Under the pieces are notes generated by a model. That model had not been told where the DNA came from. It saw only the letters and a list, made by a program, of their open reading frames with translations, and made no database searches. This document shows positions 11,279 through 31,600 of a stretch of DNA of 64,000 bases, in pieces (the stretch's first letter is position 1; every line of letters begins with the position of its first letter). A program made the position numbers and the translations under genes. Origin of the DNA: Camelus ferus (lineage: Eukaryota); contig NC_045696.1 of NCBI RefSeq assembly GCF_009834535.1, forward strand, positions 434,001 through 498,000. The letters are read 5' to 3'.

Positions 11279-12060
11279 CTTCCAGGGCTCTCCGCGGGTC
11301 GCCCGGCTGCAGCACGGTCGACGCGGCGCCGCCTTCGCTCTATTTACACTCCCTCCCCCTAGCCTGGGCTCACCCTCCCCCCGCGACAACTGTCACGCAG
11401 ATGTGGGTCCGCCCCGCGCCCGGCCCTGCCCCGCGCCCGGCCCTGCCCCGCGTGAACCGCCTGCGCGCGGCCAATCAGGGCCCGCGTTCCTACCCTCGCG
11501 CACGCGCTTTCAGCACAGCGCGCTCAGGACGGTGAGGCGCGCCGGAGCCCCGCCCCTGTAGCAGCCCCTCCGATTGGCGCGCTAACGGTCCCGCCTCCTC
11601 GGGCTGGACCAATGAGCGGGGCGCGGCGGCCTCTGTGCTCGCTGTGGTTGGTCGGTTTGAAGGGCTCCGCGCACGTGGGCGGTCGGAGTCCGGCGGGATT
11701 GGCCAGGCGGCGGATACTTGTTTCCCGCAGGCGGTGGTCGCTACCGGGGAGCCCTCGCCCGCATCCACTTGGGTCAGCTTCGCGAGCGCCTGGGGACATC
11801 CCAGGAGGCCGGCCTCGCTGGTGCGCGCCAGCCCGGGTCTGCCTCAGAAGTCGCGTCCGGCTCGTGGCGGGCTCCGGGTTTGCAAGACCCAAACCCTCGT
11901 CTCCAGGGTTCCTTTCGCCGGCCGGGGTGCTGGCCTTGTTCGTGTCACGGCCGCAGGTAGCCGACAAGATCACTTGATTCCGTTCCTATGCGTCCTTCTC
12001 TTGGGCCCCGCCAGCACCTGGACCCAAGGAGCCGGAGTCCCGGCGGCGGCCGGGTTGGTT
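10600..12060. promoter_or_regulatory. CpG island, bidirectional PCNT/C21orf58 promoter
   Basis: Very high CpG density; CCAAT/ATTGG at 11002, 11471, 11573, 11609, 11698; E2F-like TTGGCGCG 11574 and TTTCCCGC 11721; CHR TTTGAA 11656; YY1 CAAGATGGCGGC 11051. Confidence 0.9.
11222..11278 (-). CDS. PCNT: PCNT coding exon 1
   Basis: aagATGg start, MEEDEQEQRRRKVEAGRAK, donor AAG|gtaaac. Confidence 0.95.
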
Positions 12061-12470
12061 CAGTGGGAATCGGATCCCAGCCCACAGACCCTAGAACTGC
12101 AGGGACAAGAAGCCACCCGCGGTGCTGACTCCTGGACCCATGGATTCTTCCTGCTGGGGACACGGTACCTATCCAGGCATCTGGTTGAATGCCCTACCCC
12201 GAGCTTGCAACTTCTGGGTGGTGCAGTTCACGATTTGACCAGTGGGTCCCACAGTCATGGGTCCATGGCAGTCTGGCACGTGTGCCATAAAGCAGTGCCC
12301 TGGGTCAAAGAGTGTTCGGAGGACCCCATGCTGGGGGTGGGGGTGGGGTGCTTCGGAGAGAAGGGCAGGAAAGGGAAACCCATACCAGGAATACGTGCCT
12401 ATTCCTGTTAGGACAGTCCCTGGAGCCTTAGCGTGGAAGGGGCTGGGTAGCGCTGACTTGCCAAGTTGCC
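12050..12470 (-). mobile_element. ERV-L/MaLR internal (integrase) relic
   Basis: Minus strand ~12420-12365 translates TVLTGIGTYSWYGFPFPA, like the ERV-L integrase motif FVLTGIDTYSGYGFAFPA. Confidence 0.7.
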
Positions 12471-14039
12471 TGAAATTTTGAATAACACAGTAATTGTACC
12501 CAGTTCTAGATCACCAGAGGGAGAGAGCTGTTTCAATGATAAGCAAAAATTCATCACATTGAGATGTTTTAAGGCCTTGAAATGTTTGGGTAAATCATTC
12601 CAAATATACTGTAAATTATTATTTTAAAGGGAATATGCTGTTCCTGTTCAAATGTCTGTGAACCTAAAACTGATGTAAAAATGAAATCTATTAAAAATCC
12701 AAAAAAAAAAAAAGGAATGTGATGTTGGTTATGAATTCATGGTCTGTGTGGGAATCTGAAGCCTCATGAAATCATTGTTCCTTGACTTCAAACTCCACTT
12801 GAACCTGTCTGTTCAGATAAGGAATCAGTGCAAGGTTTTATTCCTAGCCCACAGTTTGGATTAACAGTCAAATACTGTTAGTGTAATCATGCTCACTGGA
12901 AGTGGATAAGCTCTGACTAGTTGACATTAATCCATAGCATCTCACCTGCACCTCTTGTTACTCTGATGTAACTGCCTGGTGAGTGTTCCCAACCATGTGG
13001 GCACGGTGGTGGGGGAAGGGGAGCAGGGATGCTCCCACCAGCGGGTGACCTTTACCTAAATGGGCTTAACCTCCTGGGTCTCATTTTACCTTTACTCCTC
13101 TCTGTGGGTAGCATCCTATTTACCGTTGAAAGGGAAATGAACGCACCACCTTGGGTTCGAGGCTGGGACTAGCACCACGTTTCATTGCAGGGTTGGGAAC
13201 CGCAGAGTCCAGGCAAGTGACAAGGATGGGGGAAGAGGCCCAGGAGACCCCTGAGCAGCTGCGCCTGGATTTCCCTATGCGAGAAGTGGATATACCCATG
13301 AACTCACCCATATGTCACATCTGGGCCGTGGTAGAGCTGCATGGGGTGACAGTACTGCAAGTGGCCACTAGAGAGAAGGTGGCATATAAAGCAAGGTTGG
13401 GCAGGTGACTTTGTGCAGGGCTGTCCAGCAAACACACCTGGGTTTCTGGGTTTCCTTCACCCACTCCTGTGTCTTTACTGGAATGTGTTTGTGTGCGGGC
13501 CTCGTGCTCCCTTTCCACTCTCAGACTGAGTGGGCACAACTCCGCTCTTCCACTAATGTGCTGTAGTGACACCTCCCTTGACACAAGCTCATCGTTCATC
13601 CTCAGTGCAATCCTGGGAGTCTGAGCAGCCACAGCTTACACAAACCTTCAGGGAGCCCCAGAAACTCAACCACGTGAGTCACACCACAGTCCCTTGTGTG
13701 GTGAGTGGAGTTTCCAGTCTTGGCTCGCAGAATTAAGCAGCTGGAGCAGAGATGAGGCGGTGGGCTCATGAGACCAGGAGTCAGCAGGCAACACCAGCAG
13801 ACCGAAGGATCAGACTCAAGAGCAGTCAGACTCCGATCTGTGCCTGAATCTCTCAAACTGCTCACGTTGCAATACATCTAAAACTGTGGGGACCCCGTGC
13901 ACTGCCCACACTGCTTAGACCAGTGGTTTTCAAACTGTGTTCCTCAGAACCCCAGAATTATTTCCATAGATATTCTGTAAATGTTGGGTCTGCATCTTTA
14001 TTTTTAACAATTAAAAAGCTGTCCAAATATGTAGATACT

Positions 14040-14825
14040 CTCAAGGAGGGAATCATAACCCGCACTCCTTATGTATGGGCTGTGTACACACACATACTAC
14101 TTCCTCCAGCAGAGGGCAGTGTGGAAAGGGGGAGGAAAATGGTAGATGTGCAGTGGAGAAACCTCTGCCTGGTGACCAAGGTCATCGTCACTGCGAAGGT
14201 CATGGTGACGGCACGCACCCCGGATGGAACGTGATGAGAAGGGCCCTTCGCCTCCAGGGTCTTCCCCCTAGACCCACAACCCCAGTCAGATCATGAGAAA
14301 TCATCAAACAAATCCCCATAGCAGAGGGACACCCTACAAAACAGCAGGTACAGTAGGTACTGATGTGCTCCAGCACTCCTCAGAAGTGTCAGGGTCGTCA
14401 AAGGCAAGAGGAGCCAAAGGGGGCACGATAACTAAACATCACGGGGTGTCCTAGACAGGGACCTGGAGCAACAAAGGAACGTTAGGCAAAATAATGAGGA
14501 AGTCAAATGAAGTGTGGGCTTCAGTTAATGTATCAATACAGGTTCATGAATTGTAACCAATCTGTCATACTGATGCAAGACGTTACTGATAGAGGAAGCC
14601 AAGTCCGTGGGAATTCTCTGCACTGTCCTCTCAATTTTTCTGTAAATCTAAAACTGTTCTGGGGGACAAGGTAGAGCTCAGTGGTAAAGTGTGTGCTTAG
14701 CATGCACATGATCCTGGGTTCAATCTCCAGTACCCCCATTAGAATAAACAAATAAATAAACCTAATTACCTCCCCCACCCAAAAATAAAAAATACTGTTC
14801 TTAAAAACAAAGCTTGTATTTAAAC
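14040..14825 (+). mobile_element. L1MC-like 3' end interrupted by a SINE
   Basis: gtatcaatacaggttcatgaattgtaaccaatct...ttttctgtaaatctaaaactgttct[SINE]taaaaacaaag. Confidence 0.7.
14661..14793 (+). mobile_element. tRNA-derived SINE (camelid Vic-1-like)
   Basis: A box agctcagtggta, B box gggttcaatct, tail aaataaataaacctaattacctcccc; TSD actgttct at 14653-14660 and 14794-14801. Confidence 0.85.
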
Positions 14826-16115
14826 TAACAAACACCCACTGGAAGGTGTTAATTACCTCCTAGCACCCTGAGTTGACAAGTTAGCTCATTAGTGTGCACA
14901 CTCAGACCTCCTGTTTGAATCTAAAGGTTATGATACATATAAAACTACAAATACTGAAGTGTATGGGCAACTTAAGGAACTTTTAGCCCAGTTTTGGCCA
15001 TCTGATGCAAATCTCTTGATCCATTGCATTGAGGAGGGGCTGCAAGCAAGCAGACCCCCTGCTCTAACCCCAGCCGTGGACTGCTGTCCCCATAAATCTG
15101 AAATGGAAAGAATACAAGTGAAGAGCTGCTCTTATCTGTTCAGTGCCCTACCCTCCAAGCAAACCACCCTTTATAAAAGGTTCCCCTTTGCTGGGCATAC
15201 CCCCTACCCCACAGCAGCCCTATGGACATGCACTCTAGCCGGCAGGTGGGTCACCCACCAAGGGCTGACCTGCTCCCAGGTGCCCCTGCAGCTCAGCCAC
15301 CAGGATCCCCACCCCTCTCTGGGCTTGAGTCCCAGCCAGGCAGTCCCAGTGCTGGAATCACAACTGCCCTGAGGGATAGTGGCCCAGGGTGGCCTCATGT
15401 CCTCTGAGGTGCTGGCTGGGTGCCTTGGGATGGGCCCATCTGAGCCCTCAGCTGGAAACCCCCAGATGCCTCATTGGCCAGCTCCCTCGTGCCACCCCTT
15501 TGCCACCCAGAGTTTCCTGAAATCTGCTGGGGGTTGTGTCCACACCCTGTCCTCCAGGGGTCCGGCCATGGCTCTCATCTGGCTGGCAGGATCCCTAGGA
15601 GGGACAGGGGCTTGCTGGCCTCCTGGCAGCTGTAATGGACTGGGGGTGGAGGAGGCCCCTGCAGTGCTGGGCTCTGTCCTGAGGATGGGGCACTGGGGTG
15701 GGGGTGTCGGGACTGTCCTCTGGCCCCAGCTACTGCCCACTTTTTCCTTCCTCAGGAGCCCCACCTGGTCACACCTCAGAATTGGTGGTGTTTACGGGTA
15801 ACCCCTGCATGGGCACCAGGCGGGGCTGAGGACTCAGCAGAAACCTGGCAACCCAGGGCCTCCCCACGCCTGCGGCACCTAGCAACCACCACGGAGGCAC
15901 AGGCGTTGGCTGTGGGCACTCTGCGTCCTGGGGCAGGCGGCTGCCCTCCCAGGAGCTCTTCTCTGGCCCAGCGGCTGGTCTCCAGGAGCCGAGCAGAGTG
16001 CGGGAGCCCTTCCATGGCCCAGGTCTGGGCTGCTGCTCCCGCTGAGTGGCTTTCCTAAGGGAACTGAGAGCTGGGGGGGTGGGGAGCCTGCGGCGTCCCC
16101 TCCTGTGGTCCTGGG

Positions 16116-24368
<8,253 letters not shown>

Positions 24369-25181
24369 CCCCTCGGCTGGGCTTGGGTAAGAAGCAGCGC
24401 CTCAGGGGAATCCGGCTTGAAGCCCTCAGTACGGGGGTAGGGGCAGGGGTGGGGAAAGCAGGCATAGAGGGTCCCTGGATGCAGGCCTGCGAGGGTGGGA
24501 AGAGATGGCTCAAGGGCCAGGAGAGAACAGGTGGATAGGCTGAGCCACGGAAAATATAACCTTCCTCTGGGAAAAATGCCATGAACAAAGTCACACCTGT
24601 GGTGCCTGGGGAACCATGTGCACGTGTGGCCCAGGGGATGAGTCCTGGGGCAGTGTGTGCCCCGTGTGATCTGCGCATGGACAGAGCTGCAAGGTGGCTT
24701 GCACAGCTTCTCCTCCGGGAAACAGAACACAGGGACACTAGTGTGGCCCTCCTGGAGAGGGCCGAGGGAGGGCAGCTGGCTCCCCTGCCCTGGTTCTCCC
24801 ATCTCCCCAGGGAACACACTACCTCTATGCTACTTTCTGCTACTCTTTCATTTTTCTCTTGGTGGAATTGTTTCCTTGCTGCTTTAATATAATTTTCACG
24901 TGAATGCCATTTTAAGCACTATGCATGTGCTCACTGGCCCCTTTCGGGGTAAATGGTCTCGCTCCCAAGTTCCACACCAGCAGGAGCCCGTCCTGGTCTT
25001 GCGTCCTTGGACCTTCACAGTCACCAGAATGCCCATCAGAGGAAGTGCGATGACCTTGGAGTTGCCTTTTGGCTGCACACAGACTCCCTCCAGGCTGCTC
25101 GGGCCCTGGGCGAGCTGCCCAGTGAGGCAGTGCAGGAGGCCTGGGCGCAGTGTGTCCCCAATACCCACGTGTCTGGTTAAA

Positions 25182-25193
25182 TGTACAATTAAA
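25182..25193 (+). terminator. Candidate C21orf58 polyadenylation signal
   Basis: TGTA (25182) then ATTAAA (25188-25193), T-rich downstream tract. Confidence 0.5.
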
Positions 25194-25399
25194 GGTCTGA
25201 CCTCATTTCCCTTTTTGCATTGACTTTTCTAACATCTTTTCACTTTCCTTTTATTTCTCTACATAATTATTAAGTTAACAGAGGGGAGGCACTGGATGGA
25301 AGTTAATTGTCTTCGGACGGCCTGGTAAGTTAGAAGAACTCAGTTGTCTCCGGCCCGAGGAGGGAAACTCAGCTCCTCCCACCTGCGTCTTCCTCTCCT

Positions 25400-25960
25400 G
25401 TGCACCTCCTTTCACTTCACTCTGTCACCAAACCTGTTTTCCCCACAACAAGCAGTTCTCTGTAACCCAGCTGGTGCCCTACAGTTCAGTCCAATTCTGA
25501 CTCCATCTCCAGGTGGTAAGGTGTCAGACTCCATAGTTTCAGGGCTCAGTCCCACGTGACCGCCTCCCAATACCCCCGTCACGAGTTCAGGTTGTCACCT
25601 GTGCTTCCCGTGGACCTGGGGCACATCACCCTGCCAGTGTGGACGTGCTCAGCAACCTGGAAGCTCCGTGAGTCCCAGACCAGTGGGATGTCCTGGCGGC
25701 CTCCTCCTGCAGGGGTGCTCCTGTTAACTCCATTTCCAGCACTTCTCTACTCAGGAGGGTGGGGCGAGGCTGAAAGCTCCAAGGTCCCAGTCCTGGCTTG
25801 GTCCCTCTGCTGAGACCAGCCCCCACCCAGGAGCCCCCCCGACCCAAGTCACCTCATTAGGACACAAGATGGTCCCAGTGCTCATGTCACTTGGGAATTT
25901 GCAAGGGTTTCAGGAGCCCCGTGTCAGGAGCTGGGGGCAGAGACCAACACCTATGCTTCC
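25400..25960 (-). mobile_element. MER21-like ERVL LTR
   Basis: ccctacagttcagtccaattctgac...agggctcagtcccac...gtcacctcattag...caagggtttcaggagc. Confidence 0.6.
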
Positions 25961-26119
25961 TCCCACTGCACACCCGGCTTTGCCAGGTCAACAGGGACGA
26001 AGGAAACCTGTTCCCGGATCTGGGAGAGGCTGGGTGCTGCCTGAGCCCCAGCAAGGCCCTGGAGCGGGGTGAGGTCCAGATGTGGGGGTGCGGTGGGGGT
26101 TCGCGTGGCTCAATGAGAC

Positions 26120-26680
26120 ATGCTTGGTTCTGTTCTGGTTCCTGGCACAGATCGAACTCCTGAGATTGTGCTGGAGGGGACTCGGGCATCTGGAGAGCTG
26201 CAGGGCGGGGCTGGGCGCTGGAGGAGCCACCCCACTTGCAATCTGGGACTTCCAGCCCCACCAGCCTCGGGAGGGAGAGAGGCTGGAGGCGAGCTGATCA
26301 CCCATGGCCGGGCCTCGTAGCAGACCCTCCACAAAACCCCCGAGGAGATGGGTGGTGAGCACATCTGGAAGGGGACACACCCAACTCCACGGGGCAGAAG
26401 TCCCTGTGTTCAGGACCCTCCTAGACCTCTTCATCTGTGTCCTTCACAGTAACCCAGGGTCTCCCTGAGTTCTGTGGGCCATTCGAGAAAACTACTGAAC
26501 TAGAGGAGGGGTCATGGGAACCCTGATTTCTGGTGAAGCTGTACGGTGGGTGCCCTGGTCTAGAGTGTGGTGGGAGGAAGCACAGCCTGGTCAGTCTTTG
26601 GGCCTGAGCCCTTAACTCGTGGGTCTGCACTCGCTCCTGGCAGTGAGTGGCAGCAGTGTCGTGAGCAGAGGAAATCTTTT
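26120..26680 (+). mobile_element. MER21C-like LTR, opposite orientation to the previous one
   Basis: ggttcctggcacaga...ctccctgagttctgtgggcc...gaggaggggtcatgggaaccc...ctgagcccttaac. Confidence 0.6.
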
Positions 26681-28344
26681 TTTACGGGCCGTGCCTTGTC
26701 CTGGCGGGGTGCTGCAGGGTCTCCTGAGATGCTGAGGGCCGTGGGATGAGAGGCACTGCCTGGGCTCAGCCCGGAGCCTTCAAGTGCTCAGTGGCCTGCA
26801 GACCTAACGTGATTGTAACGTGACCTCAGGGCGTCCGGTGCTCAGGAGCTGGATCTAGGAGACACTGGAGAGTAAAGGGCCGGGGAGCCCAGACGACTCC
26901 CGGAGAGGGGCCTCAGCACTGCGGGGTTTGCAGGGAGCTCTGGAATCCGGCAGTGTGGGCCCCGGTGCAATGGGCACGAATGACATAGAAAAACTTGACG
27001 GCCCTGTGGCCAGGGGCAGGCGGCCCGGCTGCTGACGGACAGCGGGGCAGCCTTCTCTCAGATTCAGGTCAGGTCACTTGCTCATGTTCTCTTTAAAATA
27101 TAAGGGTTCTTCTCAATGATACATAAAACACCCCTGAATTAATAAGAAAAAAAAGTAGAAAGTGGGGATAAGACACAAGCAGTCACCTCCTTGGTGGTGG
27201 GAATTCCGAAGGGTCACTGGTGACAGGAAGTGCACAGGGACACTGTCCTAGTGGAGGGTCAGGGCACACCCAGGTCACTCGGTACCTGGGAGCAGGTAGC
27301 AAGACCACAGGGCCACTCCTATGGGCTGCTGATGAGGGGGGAAACGAGGGACCCAGCCCCTCGGAAGCATTCACAGGCCTCATCCTATAAAGCTGGACCT
27401 TCCACCTCTGGGCCCCCAGAGCCTCCAAACCCCTCACTGACGGGACCCCAGGTCTCAGGACCCCCTCAGTCCCTTAAAAATACCTGAGGAGCAGAGCTTT
27501 GGGGGGTTATCTTTGGTGTCTGCTTCACTTAGACTTAAACTGACAGCAAACTTAACTGGCTAAAAGCAGGCCATGCAGTAAGCAGTGACTCATGTCCCTG
27601 ACACCCAGGGAAAGTCCAGGCTCAGTCAGGACAGAAATCCACTGGGAAATGCGTTTTCCTGTTTCTAAAATTGATTCACGGGAGAAAACCAAATTCTCAG
27701 AGTTGTAGTATCTTGAGCTTTAGGGCCAAATCGGGCCTCTGAGCTGCTGTTTTATTGCCTGACCTCTTTGGAGTTCCTTGAGGGATCTGTGCACTGTGGT
27801 CAAAACCAGTACCTGGGGGTCCAGGCTCAGCACCCGCCTCCTCCACGGCCTGCCCCAACCCACGAGGCCCTGAGCCTTGCACAGGTCTGGGGAAAGCTCT
27901 GTGACAACTCCGGGGTTTAACATTCAGAAGGCAGAACAGGAGGGAGGCTTTCCTACACGTCAGGTCAGGATGTGCAGTCGGAGCTCGGCGGGTGGGAGGG
28001 GGAACTGGGCGTGGGAGGTCCGCCACGCCGGGGCCAGGGCCACAGCAGGACAACTGCGCAGGGTCACTGGGTGTGGGCTCGGCCTGGCCTGGCCGCCCCC
28101 TGGGGTCCGCAGCGTCCCTCCCCTTGTAGAGGCACCAAGCAAAGGCTCCAGGTCTGAGCGCTCCTGCGAGTTGGAAGGCACGGACTCTGACAGGGTTCCA
28201 GCACTGGAGAGGGGTCACCCACCTGGCTGCTTGTTTTGTTCTGAGCAGCTGCATGGGTAGGAGAGAGACTCCTCTTCACCAAAGGCAGAGCCCAGGGAGG
28301 AGGCTCGCAGGCCCCATCACTCCCTTCTGAGAGTTCAGAGCTAC

Positions 28345-28350
28345 TTTATT
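28345..28350 (-). terminator. YBEY polyadenylation signal
   Basis: AATAAA on minus strand about 215 nt past the stop codon. Confidence 0.7.
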
Positions 28351-28566
28351 TACGATACTGAAAATGACACACTCGCTGTGTTCTGAACAAAGAAAGAGTG
28401 GACGTTTCTCTTACACTTTAACAAACTGTCAGGTTCCACTCATGGAGTTCAGCACTTCTGTGGCTCCCCCGGACAGCAGTGACCAGCAGGGCCTCCGTCT
28501 GGGGGGGCCCCCAATCCCTGGGGCCCAAGGTGGGGTTCACCTTCCATCCATACTGTGTCACTGTCG

Positions 28567-28653
28567 TCAGAAGAGGCCCCTGCTCAGGGGCTGGAGCCTG
28601 GTCCCCACGCGCCGGCTCAGCTCCTCGAGAACCTGCTTCTCCTTCTGGTACAT
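28567..28653 (-). CDS. YBEY: YBEY last coding exon
   Basis: cctctctcag|[28 protein letters not shown]. Confidence 0.96.
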   Translation of the reverse strand: MYQKEKQVLEELSRRVGTRLQPLSRGLF

Positions 28654-31600
28654 CTGAGAGGAGGGAGCGGAAACCAGCTGCAAACCTGCCCTGAGGCCCA
28701 GCCTCCCTGGGCAACCGCTTGGAACCCCCCACCGCCTGAGGCCATGGTCCTGGTTCTGCTCTCCAGCCATGTGCTGCTCGTGGTGTGAAAGGTGGAGCTG
28801 GCCAGGGCTGGGGCCGGGGGCTGAGGTGGTGGTCACGGCTACGAAGAGAACCAGCTGGACCAAGTGGCCCGGCCCAGGAGGCACGTGGGAGTGTGTGTGT
28901 GAGGACGGCCCCTCCTGGGAGAAAGGGCAGGTGGGTGGGGAAACCTGGGAGGGCTGGGGTCCCGGAAGGCCCGCCATGCTTGAGGCTTTCCTGGAGATGC
29001 TGCCCATCTGTGGGTGGGGGCAGCGGTGGGGCTGAGGAGGGGAGTGAGGGGGCCGCTGTAAGGTCAGCATCTGACGGGGGTGGGGAGGCAGACAGGCTGT
29101 GGCCAGTGTGGACTCAGCAGCCTAGGAAGGCCTGGGGAGATGCCAATTGCATCAAGACTCTTTTTTTTTTTTAATGAGGAGGAGGTAATCAGGTTTCTTC
29201 GTTGATTTCCGCATGGAGGAGGTATTGGGGATGGAACCCGGGACCTCGTGGGTGCTGAGCGTGCGCTCTACCACTTGAGCTATGCCCATCCCCCTGAGAC
29301 TCTTTTTGTTAATAAAGAAGTTTTCCTATTCCTTTCAGGGAAACTGTTTGATTACAAATACAATTTGAGTTTATAAAACACAATGTGGTGAATATACCAA
29401 CACAGACCTTTATAAGCAGAGTAAACATTGGTACGTTTTGGGGAAATAAACCACCACGTAGCTTTACATGATGGGTCTGTAGCAGACAACCGCACATTCT
29501 AAACCCTGTTTCTAACTGACAAGTATCATCACAATTTCTCCTGTAAAGATTTTCAGCTTTAAGCCATTAGAATTTTATAGAATTTATACAACGTAGTCTT
29601 TCTCCTCAGACCTTCCTTTCAATAGAGAATAAATACGCGGTCAACAGCATTTGGGGAGTCCAATATTTAAAACAAACACTGTGAGACTTTTTCTATAAAG
29701 CAGGCATTTATAAAATTCCTTATTTCACTGTTTCTCCCCATTTGGTTTTTGTACATGACTGCAAGGGGCAGGCCAGGCAGCCCTGTCCCTGGGGTCCGGT
29801 GCACACTGCAGTGTACCCCCACGTGTATGTGTTGGGGATGGGATGGCTCCTACCTTCTGCCACTCGGCCTCCGTGCTGTGTGTGAAGCCCAGCAGGTGAC
29901 AGAGCCCGTGGGTGGCAGTCACCTGTCAGAACAATTAAAAAGCCGCCTCAGGGGGTGGTCATGACTAAGCTATAAGCCAGGGAGGAGGAGGAGGAGGAGG
30001 GAAGTCAGGCAAAGGTCAGGGAACACCTGGTGAGAGGATAGGAACCCTCCCCCGGGCCCAGGGCTGCGGGCCAGCAGTGACGTCATGGGTTGGGTATGGG
30101 GAGCAGCAGGCAGGCCAGACCCCCATTGCAAGGGTGGAGATCAGGAGCTCCTCTGCAGTTGGGTGGGGAGCTGTAGACACACGGAGGGCCAGGGCAGGGG
30201 CCAGGGGAGGTATCTGGGGCCATTAGAAGGTACCCAAGTGCAGCTGGGCGCCAGCTGGTATAAGAGTGGCCTGGCCGGGCCCTGTACTGGGGGAGGATGG
30301 TCCTAGGGCTTGTGGGCTGGCCCTTCACCACAGGTTACGGAATCTTCAGGAGGCGTGGCGGGGGGGGGGAAGCAGATGCCCACAAAACTGCCCCAGACCT
30401 CCCAGGGGTGCACAGCTGCTGGCCACAGAGATCCCAGAGCCAAGACCCATGCTGAGCAGTCCCACCTGCACAGGGGGCCCACCAGTCTCAGGAAGAAAGC
30501 ACATCCCCCTGCCAGCAACCCCAACGCCTGTGCTCACAGGGCCTCACAGGGGAGCTCTGCTGCAGGCCTCAGGAGCACTGAGACCCCCAGATGGTAAGTC
30601 AGGGTGCGGATGTCAGCTGAACAAGGACCCCTCAATTGAATCCATCAGGGAGTGAAAACATAATTCAATTGCGTGCTACTTTTCAGAACCCCACCCCCTC
30701 ACTTCCTCACCAAACTGAGGAGAGACAGGTCTGAAAGTTTCGGAGGCTGGAATCCTGTCCGCTTTGGGCAGTTTAGTGAGAAGCATGTTTAGCAGGCCTG
30801 AGCTGGCCAAACACAGTCTGCTGATCTCCAGATGTAAAAGCCAAAAACAAGGCCACTTCTGGGAGCTTCCACTTTCCAATAGTTCATACAGATGTTCCCT
30901 GTCCTCTCCCCTCACCCACTGCCAAGGGACATACCGACCCCTGCCAAGCCTCTCCTCTCTCCCTGAGGGATGAAGAGAAAGGGCGCTGCTCGGGCTTGTA
31001 GGTCTCCCCGCCAACCCGTCCTACATGAGGATGACAGTGTGGCCGCCGGTGTCACCGCCCCAACCTCTTCCCAGGGCCTGGAAGAAGGACACCGACTGTC
31101 GTTTTGCCAGTCAGGGTCTGTGATTTCAGCATCCCACTTACAGTCAGGATGTCATAGTAATCCTCGTCCTCCTTGCACTGCTGGAATATATACTCCACTC
31201 CCAGGAAAATGTCTCCCAAATTGTAGTCATCTGGAAATTCAGGCTGGGGAATTTCCCCTGCTTTCAGATTCTGAAAATGGGAAAACACACTTTTGGAGAA
31301 CATGACCTCAGGAACACGAACTGACCACGGGCCTGCCTGCGGGTTTCATCTGAAAGCCCTCGTGTCTCCAGTCCCAAGGCAGAGAAATCGGGGACTTGAG
31401 ACGTCTCCACTCTGTCAAGAGAATTCCTTTCCATTTTTTTCATCCCATCCAATGCACCAACACCCAGATGCACAACTTCTATGGAGCTAAATCACGACAT
31501 TGATGCAATTTCCTACTTCTGTTCTTTCTGCTTGTTCTTTTGTCCTAAACAGTCTTTCACATTTTTCCACATAAAGATCAGTCCGTTCGGCTCAGGACTA

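Noticed and set aside
12850..13640. Possible further ERV internal sequence
   Set aside because: No motif I could identify with confidence
14661..14740. tRNA gene
   Set aside because: A/B boxes are present but there is no cloverleaf; the A-rich tail and TSD show it is a SINE
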